Source: Spirochaetota bacterium
Lineage (GTDB): Bacteria; Spirochaetota; B62-G9; DRHN01
NCBI GenBank assembly: GCA_016934265.1
Contig: JAFGTF010000078.1
Coordinates: 10,459 to 74,458, forward strand
DNA: 64,000 bases
Direction of reading: 5' to 3'
Made by a program: the position numbers and the translations under genes. Below, piece by piece: positions 18,440 to 26,168 of the stretch (position 1 is the stretch's first letter; the number at the start of each line of letters is the position of its first letter). Under the pieces are notes generated by a model. It saw only the letters and a program-made list of their open reading frames with translations. It was not told where the DNA came from and searched no databases.

Positions 18440-20920
18440 ATGATACGTGCCGAGATGCTTCCTGTCTACCGTCATAGAGAAACGATCATAAAGGCCCTGA
18501 AAGGAAATCAGGTTATCGTGGTCGAGAGCCCGACGGGGTCGGGCAAGACGACACAGATCCCCAAGATACTCTATGACAGCGGTTTCGCTAATGAAGGCAT
18601 CATCGGTGTTACCCAGCCGAGGCGGATCGCCGCAGTCTCCGTCTCCGACTATATCGCAAGACAGTACAAAACCGAGATCCCCGGCCTCGTCGGCTACAAG
18701 ATGCGGTTCGTTGACGAGACGAACGAGGAGACGAGGATCACCGTCATGACCGACGGTATCCTGCTCCAGGAGATCAAGACGGACCCGCTCCTTTCACGGT
18801 ACGGCGTCATCATGGTGGACGAAGCCCACGAGCGCAGCCTCAACATCGATTTCATCCTCGGGCTGCTTAAGGAGGTGCTCCGCCGTCGGCCCGAGTTCAA
18901 GGTCGTCATCTCTTCGGCCACAATCAATACACGTGTTTTCTCCGAGTACTACGACCGCTGCCCGGTCGTTTCGATAGACGCCCGGATGTACCCGGTGAAG
19001 ATGGTCTACGATCCCATCGACGGCCCTCGCAGAATCGAGGCGATTACCGAGAAGATAGGCGAAATAGTGAAGGGTATAGAGGAAAAAAACCTTCCGGGTG
19101 ACGTGCTGATCTTTCTTTCGGGGGAAGGCCAGATCAAGGAGTGCGCCACGCACCTTCTTCACCTCGATAAGAAAGCCCATCTTGAGATACTTCTCTTATA
19201 CGGGAGGCTCTCCCGCGAGGAGCAGGAGCGCGTCTTCTTGGAGTTCTTGGGGAAGCGGAAGGTCATACTCGCCACGAATATCGCGGAAACGAGCGTCACG
19301 ATCGACGGGATACGCCACGTGATAGATCCGGGGTATGCGAAACTCAACTATTACAATCCGAGGAATTTTACCTCCTCCCTCGTCGAGATGCCGATATCGA
19401 AGGCATCCTGCGATCAGCGGAAGGGCAGGGCAGGCAGAACCGCCCCGGGGTTCTGCTACAGGCTTTACTCCAAACAGAGCTACGACACTCGGAGCCTTTA
19501 TACCGAGGAGGAGATCTACAGGACCGACCTCTCAGAGGTGATACTCCGTATGGCGGAGCTCGGTATACGGGATTTCGAGTCTTTCGACTTCATATCGGAT
19601 CCCGGGCCGGGGAAGATACGAAGCGCCGTCGAAGTGCTCGAGCTACTCGAAGCGATCGATTCCGACCGAGAGCTCACCGCGATCGGCAGAATGATGGTAC
19701 AGTTTCCGATAATACCGAGGATCTCCAGAATGATCGTGGCGGCGATACAGGAGTATCCCAATGTCTTGGAAGAGGTTCTCATCGCGAGCGCCTTCATCAA
19801 CAACAGGGCGCCGTTTCTCCTCCCGCACGGACTCGAGCTCGAAGCGAGGAAGGCGCACCATTCCTTCAGGCATCCTTTAGGCGATTTCGTGTCCTACCTC
19901 AAGATATTCCGGGCATACGTCAACGCCGGGGACAGCGAGGGGTTCTGTGCGAAGTACTATCTTGACAACAAGGGCATGGGGGAGATCTATAACGTAAAGC
20001 AGCAGCTTGCCGAGATCGTATCGGATATGGGGGTGCCGCTTACCGGAGGAGGAGATCTCTTTGAATATCTCTGCGCGGTCTCGAAGGGACTCATCCAGTT
20101 CGTATGTAAACAGACGAAGAAAGGGGTCTATTCGAGCCTTACGGCGTACGGGATCAAGATCCACCCCGGGTCGGTGATGTTCTCCAAGCGGCCGGAGTAT
20201 ATTGTCGCCGGCGAGGTGATGAGAACCTCCCAGATGTACGCCATGTCCGTTTCACCTCTTACCCCGGATCTCATCGGAAGGATTTCGGACCGGCTGTATA
20301 ACACCTTCGTACGGAAGAAGAGGGGGGCAAAAAAGAAGGTTCATGCCGCAGTGCGCCGCGACTATACGAACTATATCAAGATCGGAAGCGAGCGCTTCAC
20401 GATCGAGGCCGATAAGAAGCAGCATAAAGTCGTCGTGCTCCCGTATGACAGACTTAAAAATGCGATAGCGGGAATGGACGTCAATGGAATCGAAAATTAC
20501 AAGGGGCTCCGCGGCAGGGTTCTTTTAGGGGAGTACGAGCTGTTCGGAGGCTTCCGGCTCAACCGGATACTGGAGATCGTCGGCAGGATCGACGAAGTCG
20601 AAGAGATACCGGGCCGCTGGCCGAAAGGGGCGAGGTACGAGTACCTCGAAGATGCCTACCACATTGTCCGTCATATCCCGGATATCCTCAAGCTCTGCCG
20701 GAAGAAGAAGGAGACGAAGCGGCTCGGTTTCCTTACGCTGCTCACCGACAGAAACGGTCAATACTGGTACTCCTGCTACAGGGATTATCTTCAGGCCCTG
20801 GAGGAATCCGTTTCGAGCCTTGAGGCGATGATAGACGAAGATATCAACGTTCTCGATAAAGAGCAGGAGGAGACGGTGAGCCGGACCTACGGGCGGCTCA
20901 ACGAGATCCTAGAAAAGTAG
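18440..20920 (+). CDS. DEAH-box ATP-dependent helicase, HrpB/HrpA family
   Basis: Motif I VVESPTGSGKTTQIP, motif II MVDEAHERS, helicase C-terminal and HA2-like regions. The ~826-aa length is closer to HrpB. Confidence 0.7.
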   Translation: MIRAEMLPVYRHRETIIKALKGNQVIVVESPTGSGKTTQIPKILYDSGFANEGIIGVTQPRRIAAVSVSDYIARQYKTEIPGLVGYKMRFVDETNEETRITVMTDGILLQEIKTDPLLSRYGVIMVDEAHERSLNIDFILGLLKEVLRRRPEFKVVISSATINTRVFSEYYDRCPVVSIDARMYPVKMVYDPIDGPRRIEAITEKIGEIVKGIEEKNLPGDVLIFLSGEGQIKECATHLLHLDKKAHLEILLLYGRLSREEQERVFLEFLGKRKVILATNIAETSVTIDGIRHVIDPGYAKLNYYNPRNFTSSLVEMPISKASCDQRKGRAGRTAPGFCYRLYSKQSYDTRSLYTEEEIYRTDLSEVILRMAELGIRDFESFDFISDPGPGKIRSAVEVLELLEAIDSDRELTAIGRMMVQFPIIPRISRMIVAAIQEYPNVLEEVLIASAFINNRAPFLLPHGLELEARKAHHSFRHPLGDFVSYLKIFRAYVNAGDSEGFCAKYYLDNKGMGEIYNVKQQLAEIVSDMGVPLTGGGDLFEYLCAVSKGLIQFVCKQTKKGVYSSLTAYGIKIHPGSVMFSKRPEYIVAGEVMRTSQMYAMSVSPLTPDLIGRISDRLYNTFVRKKRGAKKKVHAAVRRDYTNYIKIGSERFTIEADKKQHKVVVLPYDRLKNAIAGMDVNGIENYKGLRGRVLLGEYELFGGFRLNRILEIVGRIDEVEEIPGRWPKGARYEYLEDAYHIVRHIPDILKLCRKKKETKRLGFLTLLTDRNGQYWYSCYRDYLQALEESVSSLEAMIDEDINVLDKEQEETVSRTYGRLNEILEK

Positions 20921-20961
20921 CGCCGCGTACGCGCGTACACCGCGGGCTTTTGAATACGCGC

Positions 20962-20971
20962 GGGGGGGGGG
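20962..20971. repeat. G10 homopolymeric tract in the hrpB-lacI intergenic region
   Basis: cgcGGGGGGGGGGatgggg, read directly; intergenic. Confidence 0.9.
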
Positions 20972-21094
20972 ATGGGGTACGTCCTTATTTAAAAAACAGA
21001 CTTTCGTATCTAAATGAGTGTGACTGCCTTTCGAGTATAATTATTCTTCATTTTCGTTGACAATCGCTTTGCAGGGTGGTACCATGTGTTACCA

Positions 21095-21110
21095 TTGTAA
21101 TCGATTACAA
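21095..21110. promoter_or_regulatory. 16-bp perfect palindrome TTGTAATCGATTACAA: LacI/GalR-type operator immediately upstream of the LacI-family gene
   Basis: Perfect inverted repeat matching the LacI-family operator consensus (TGTAA.CG.TTACA), 9 bp upstream of the ATG at 21119. A candidate -35 TTGACA (21057-21062) and -10 TACCAT lie upstream. Confidence 0.6.
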
Positions 21111-21118
21111 GAAGCGAT

Positions 21119-22126
21119 ATGAACAAACGGTTGAACATAGCCGAAGTGGCCAAGGCTGCGGGAGTTTCCACCGCAACGGTTTCGAGGGTTCTCAATGAAA
21201 AGCCGTTCGTGAGGGAAAATACCAGGCGGAAGGTCCTTCGGGTGATCGACAAGACGAACTACAGGGTCAACGCGGTCGCAAGGAACCTCAGACGGAAAAA
21301 AACGCACTCGATCGGTATAATCATAAGCAACGTATTGAGCCCCTTTTATTCCGTCATTGCAAAGGCGGTGGAGGACGTCGCGCTTTGCAACAACTTCAGC
21401 ATGGTACTGTGCAACGGGGGCGATAAACCAAAAAAGGAGCGCCGGTACCTGCAGGTTCTTTTCGAGAACAGGGTCGACGGCATAATCATTTCACCTACCG
21501 GGGAAAACGCCGACTATCTGAAACTTCTTTTATCCAGCGGAATCGCAGTCTGCCTCATCGACAGGAAGGTGAGCGGCATGGTATGTGATTCCGTCATGGT
21601 CAACAACCGCGAGGCATCGAAGGAGGCGGTAGCGCACCTTCTCGAGCGCGGATACAGACGGATCGGTCTGATTTCCGGCCCGAAAGAGCGTACAACGGGT
21701 TATCTGCGAATGGCGGGGTACCTCGATGCTCACAAGGAGTACGGCATCCCCCCGCAGGAGCGGTTTATCCGGTACGGGGATTTCTCACTCGAATCTGGAA
21801 GAAAAAACGCCGCCCTTCTTCTTTGTGAGAGCGATCTCGATGCGCTGTACGTTGCGAATACGGACATGGCGATGGGAGCGTACGGGCTGTTGAAGGAACG
21901 GGGCGTCGTCATACCGGACGACATGGGTTTCGTGATGTTCGACGACCCAGACTGGACCAGGCTTGTCACACCGAAGCTCACCGCGGTGAGTCAGCCGGTA
22001 TACGAGCTTGGTTCAACGGCGGCGAAGATGCTGTTTAGGCGCCTTCAGATGCCGCCGGACTATGTGAAGACGGATACCGTACAGACGGTGCTGAATGCAA
22101 AGCTCGTACGCCGCGGTTCCGTGTGA
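21119..22126 (+). CDS. LacI-family transcriptional regulator
   Basis: N-terminal HTH (LNIAEVAKAAGVSTATVSRVLNEKPFVRENTRRKVLRVIDKTNYRVNAVARNL) and a periplasmic-binding-protein-like sugar-binding core. Confidence 0.9.
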   Translation: MNKRLNIAEVAKAAGVSTATVSRVLNEKPFVRENTRRKVLRVIDKTNYRVNAVARNLRRKKTHSIGIIISNVLSPFYSVIAKAVEDVALCNNFSMVLCNGGDKPKKERRYLQVLFENRVDGIIISPTGENADYLKLLLSSGIAVCLIDRKVSGMVCDSVMVNNREASKEAVAHLLERGYRRIGLISGPKERTTGYLRMAGYLDAHKEYGIPPQERFIRYGDFSLESGRKNAALLLCESDLDALYVANTDMAMGAYGLLKERGVVIPDDMGFVMFDDPDWTRLVTPKLTAVSQPVYELGSTAAKMLFRRLQMPPDYVKTDTVQTVLNAKLVRRGSV

Positions 22127-22266
22127 GAGGAGGTTCGGCACGTACCGCGTCGCGGAATTCGCGCGGGAGCGTTTAGGCGCGAATCGTATTCTTTTTCGCC
22201 GTGTGAATGGTGAAATCGGATTTATTAATCGTAACGGGTGCTTATTTCAAATAGCGAGGTGATCGA

Positions 22267-24063
22267 ATGAAAAAAACAAAGAAGAATGCCGGAGAAAACA
22301 TGCCGAAGGTCGGAATCCGGCCGGTGATCGACGGGAGAAGAGATGGCGTGCGGGAATCGCTCGAAGCGCAGACCATGGGCATGGCACAAACGGTGGAGGA
22401 GTTTATCACAGGCAACATGCGGTATCCGGACGGATCGCCGGTACAGTGCGTGATCGCAGATACATGCATCGGCGGGGTCGCGGAATCCGCGCAGACCGCG
22501 AGGAAGTTCGAACGGGAGGGGGTAGGCGTGTTGATAACGGTGACCCCGAGCTGGTGCTACGGGAGCGAGACCATGGATATGGATCCGTACATACCGAAAG
22601 CGGTATGGGGGCTGAACGCCACCGAGCGGCCTGGTGCAGTCTATCTAGCAGCCGTACTCGCCTCGTACGCCCAGAAGGGTCTCCCGGCGTTCGGAATATA
22701 CGGAAAGGACGTTCAGGACGCGGACGATCGAACGATCCCGCAGGAAGTGAAGGACAAGATCGTACAGTTCGTTCGTGCGGGGATCGCGGCAGCCGTGATG
22801 AGGGGAAAGTCGTATCTCGCGATGGGCGGCGTGTCCATGGGGATCGCCGGATCGCTCGTGTCGGCGGAATTCTTGGAGAAGTATCTCGGAATGCGGTACG
22901 AGTCCGTCGATATGTCGGAGTTCATCCGGAGGATCGAAAAAAAAATATACGACGAGAAGGAGTACGGCCGTGCGCTGCAGTGGGTGAAGGCGCACTGCAA
23001 GGAGGGGAAAGACTACAACAAGCCGCAGAACAGGTTCTCAGACGAGAAGCGCCGGCGCGATTGGGAGACAGTTGTCAAGATGACGCTCATCGCGCGCGAT
23101 CTCATGGCGGGCAACGATGCACTTGCGGAGATCGGATTCGAAGAGGAGGCGCTCGGGCACAACGCAATCGCGGGCGGGTTCCAAGGGCAGCGGCAGTGGA
23201 CCGACCATTTTCCCAACGGGGATTTCTTAGAGACGATACTGAACTCCTCGTTCGACTGGAACGGAATCCGGCAGCCTTTTATCGTTGCAACGGAGAACGA
23301 TCACCTCAACGGTCTCGCGATGCTGCTCGGGAACATGCTCACCGGCACAGCCCAGATCTTCAGCGACATACGGACGTTCTGGAGCCCGGAGGCGATAGCG
23401 AGGGTGACCGGGTATACGCCGGAAGGTGCCGCGCAAAACGGCATCATACATCTCATAAACTCCGGTTCGACCTGCCTGGACGGGACGGGGGAGCAGTCTC
23501 TAAACGGCAAGCCGGCCATGAAGCCGTTCTGGGAGATCGATCAAGAAGAGGCCGACCGGTGCCTGCAGGCCGCGAGGTTCTGCCCGGCGAACATCGAATA
23601 TTTCCGGGGCGGCGGTTTTTCGGTCACATTCCTCACGCGCGGCGGCATGCCGGCCACGATGTCGCGGTTGAATATAGTCGACGGGCTCGGGCCGGTTCTC
23701 CAGATCGCCGAAGGATACACCGTCGACCTTCCCCGGGAGGTCGGGCGGGTTTTGATGGACCGGACGGACCCTGCCTGGCCGACCACATGGTTCGCGCCGA
23801 TACTTACCGGCATGGGACCGTTTAAGGACGTCTATACCGTGATGGACAATTGGGGGGCTAACCACGGCGCCATCTGTTACGGGCATGTGGGAGGTGACCT
23901 CATCACTCTATCATCGATACTCCGCATACCGGTGCACATGCACAACGTGCCGCCCGAGAGAGTATTTCGGCCGAGGGTATGGGCGAGCTTCGGGGATATG
24001 GAGTCCATCGGCGCGGATTTCAGGGCGTGCCAAAACTTCGGCCCGCTGTACGGGCGTGTGTGA
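22267..24063 (+). CDS. fucI: L-fucose isomerase
   Basis: Near full-length collinear similarity to E. coli FucI as recalled from memory ([22 protein letters not shown]; ITVTP.WCYGSET.DMDP; SSFDWNG.R.PF.VATENDSLNG; PTTWFAP.LTG.GPF.DVY.VM.NWGANHG; NFGPLY). ~598 aa. Confidence 0.9.
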   Translation: MKKTKKNAGENMPKVGIRPVIDGRRDGVRESLEAQTMGMAQTVEEFITGNMRYPDGSPVQCVIADTCIGGVAESAQTARKFEREGVGVLITVTPSWCYGSETMDMDPYIPKAVWGLNATERPGAVYLAAVLASYAQKGLPAFGIYGKDVQDADDRTIPQEVKDKIVQFVRAGIAAAVMRGKSYLAMGGVSMGIAGSLVSAEFLEKYLGMRYESVDMSEFIRRIEKKIYDEKEYGRALQWVKAHCKEGKDYNKPQNRFSDEKRRRDWETVVKMTLIARDLMAGNDALAEIGFEEEALGHNAIAGGFQGQRQWTDHFPNGDFLETILNSSFDWNGIRQPFIVATENDHLNGLAMLLGNMLTGTAQIFSDIRTFWSPEAIARVTGYTPEGAAQNGIIHLINSGSTCLDGTGEQSLNGKPAMKPFWEIDQEEADRCLQAARFCPANIEYFRGGGFSVTFLTRGGMPATMSRLNIVDGLGPVLQIAEGYTVDLPREVGRVLMDRTDPAWPTTWFAPILTGMGPFKDVYTVMDNWGANHGAICYGHVGGDLITLSSILRIPVHMHNVPPERVFRPRVWASFGDMESIGADFRACQNFGPLYGRV

Positions 24064-24328
24064 CGTGTTTCTTGTACAGGGAGGCTCAATCGGAGACATT
24101 CACGCAAGTCGCCGGAGTACACATACAGCGTTTTGCGGTGAGCATGACGCCGTCCTATGAATCCCGGTAAAACGGACTGCTCCGGGATGAGGGAAGGCGC
24201 CGCCTCGAACCGGAATCGCCAACCGTTGCGAAAATAAAAGGCCGGGCAAAAAGGAGGCGGGAGATCCCGATACCGAGACGGCGGGCGGGATGGTTCCTGC
24301 TACTTCGAAGGTGGATAGGGAGGACGAT

Positions 24329-24652
24329 ATGGAAAGACACGGCTCGGTAATAAAGGTTAAGCCGGAAATGCTCGAGGAATACAGACGGCACCATAAGAAC
24401 GTATGGCCGGAGGTACTCGACATGATAAAAAGGTGCAATATACGAAACTACTCCATATATCACAAGGACGGCTACCTGTTCAGCTATTTCGAGTACCACG
24501 GGAACGATTTCGCTTCCGATATGGAGAGGATGGCGGCCGACCCGAAGACCCTGGAATGGTGGGCGATCATGAAGCCGATGCAGCAGCCGCTCGAAACAAG
24601 GGCACAAAACGAGTGGTGGGCCGAAATGGAAGAGGTGTTTCATATGGAGTGA
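24329..24652 (+). CDS. RhaM/YiiL-family mutarotase (L-rhamnose mutarotase-like; here plausibly a fucose mutarotase)
   Basis: ~107 aa; pattern (IKVKPEMLEEYRRHHKNVWPEVLDMIK...NYSIY...WWA.M...M) resembles E. coli RhaM. AGGGAGG RBS 5 nt before the ATG at 24329; the track ORF is extended upstream. Confidence 0.6.
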   Translation: MERHGSVIKVKPEMLEEYRRHHKNVWPEVLDMIKRCNIRNYSIYHKDGYLFSYFEYHGNDFASDMERMAADPKTLEWWAIMKPMQQPLETRAQNEWWAEMEEVFHME

Positions 24653-24719
24653 GCGCAGGCGGTAGGTAATGCGCCGGGAATGGTTTTAGGACGGATATTG
24701 ACCGGGAAAAGAGGTTTTT

Positions 24720-25889
24720 ATGGGAAGAAGTGAAAACTGCTTCGGCAAGCTGAAAAGGATGAAGAGCACGCTGGAACACAGGGAGGCGGACAGGGTGCCG
24801 GTATCCGACTTCTTCTGGGGGAGCTTTTTGAAACGATGGAAAGAAGAGCTCGGCCTTTCGGCCGACACGGATATCTACAGGTACTACGACCTCGACTGGA
24901 TCGCGACGATACCGAACATGGACCCGCATATCAAGCGTTTCGAGGTGCTAACGCAGAACGACGAGGAGGTCCTCGTAAAAACTGGATTCGAGGCGATCAT
25001 ACGAAAGAAATTTTGCGATCCCATGCCGGAATATGTGCAGTTTGACACGGATACGATAGACAGGATGAAAGCCTTCCGGTTCGACGACCCGTGGGATGAT
25101 CGTCGTTATTTCTCAGGCGGCGACAACCAGGTGGCCGGTGTGGGGGACAGCTTCGTCCGGGACCTTCCTCCATGGACGGACACCGTGAAATCGCTGTATC
25201 CCGACTTCCCCGTATACGGAAGCGTGTGCGAGGGTCATGAAGCGCTGTGGCGGATCATCGGTATGGAGAACGTCCTGCTCTGGATAGGGCTGTATCCGGA
25301 CGAGGTCGGGAAGTTCGTGGACAGGATAGTGGAGTTCGACCTCGGGATTGCGGAAGCACAGATAAAGGCGGCGGACGGAATGCTCGACGGAATGGTCATA
25401 TGGGGCGATGTTGCGTATACAAGGGACATGCTCTTCTCTCCCGACTACTGGCGGAAGCATTTCAAGCCCGGGGTCAAGGCGATCGTCGACCTCTGCCACG
25501 GCTACGGACTGCCGGTCATCTACCACGGCTGTGGAAACGTGAAGAGGATATTCGAGGATTTTATCGAGATGGGGGTCGATTCGTACAACCCGCTCGAGGC
25601 GAAGGCGGGACTCGATGTCGTGGAACTTCGCAGGAAATACGGCCATCGAATCGGGTTCTGCGGAAACATGGATGTAAAGGCCTGGGCGGACTCTTCGCCG
25701 GATGAGCTTCGGAAGATCGTGCTGACGAAGCTCAACGCGGCAAAAGGCGGCGGCTTCATCTTTCAGTCGGACCATTCCGTTCCGGGTAACGTCTCCGGAA
25801 AGAGCTACGACTACGTGGTGAATCTGCTGCGGCGTTACGGCACCTATCCCCTCGATCTCGGTGAGTATGACATTCCGGATATTTCTTAA
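24720..25889 (+). CDS. Uroporphyrinogen-decarboxylase (URO-D) family protein (MtaA/CmuA-like methyltransferase fold)
   Basis: Global pattern of URO-D-like TIM-barrel proteins (..YDLDWI.., GMENVLLWIGLYPDEV, VIYHGCGNV). Family-level call only. Confidence 0.45.
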   Translation: MGRSENCFGKLKRMKSTLEHREADRVPVSDFFWGSFLKRWKEELGLSADTDIYRYYDLDWIATIPNMDPHIKRFEVLTQNDEEVLVKTGFEAIIRKKFCDPMPEYVQFDTDTIDRMKAFRFDDPWDDRRYFSGGDNQVAGVGDSFVRDLPPWTDTVKSLYPDFPVYGSVCEGHEALWRIIGMENVLLWIGLYPDEVGKFVDRIVEFDLGIAEAQIKAADGMLDGMVIWGDVAYTRDMLFSPDYWRKHFKPGVKAIVDLCHGYGLPVIYHGCGNVKRIFEDFIEMGVDSYNPLEAKAGLDVVELRRKYGHRIGFCGNMDVKAWADSSPDELRKIVLTKLNAAKGGGFIFQSDHSVPGNVSGKSYDYVVNLLRRYGTYPLDLGEYDIPDIS

Positions 25890-26168
25890 TGTAACCCCCA
25901 TATGGTGAAGTCGGCGATACGGGGGGCGACATCCGGTTCTGCGGGATATGTATATGTAGAATGCAGAATATTTTCTGTAACGACTGTCGTACGTTTGGTG
26001 TCATCAGATCTGCGGTTTTCAATGTTCACCAACCGCCGGCACGTAAAAGAGCAGCAAGAGACATCCGATCATTACTACTTTTAGAAATGCTGGGGTGTTG
26101 TTACTCTAAGAATTGCGGTAAGTTCCCAAGCAACTATCTGTCAACGATTGATGCTGCGAACCGTGTCA

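Noticed and set aside
20925-20965. Possible intrinsic terminator after the helicase gene (GCGTACGCGCGTAC palindrome plus GGGCTTTTG).
   Set aside because: The stem preceding the T-run has mismatches and the T-run is only four nucleotides. This is too weak to call confidently.
21073-21083. T-box-like sequence AGGGTGGTACC upstream of the LacI gene, and a similar cagggtggtgcaat near 56465.
   Set aside because: Only the core T-box heptamer context is matched. No specifier-loop or terminator/antiterminator architecture is present, and the downstream genes (a regulator, a prepilin peptidase) are not aminoacyl-tRNA-related. This is most likely a chance GC-rich match.
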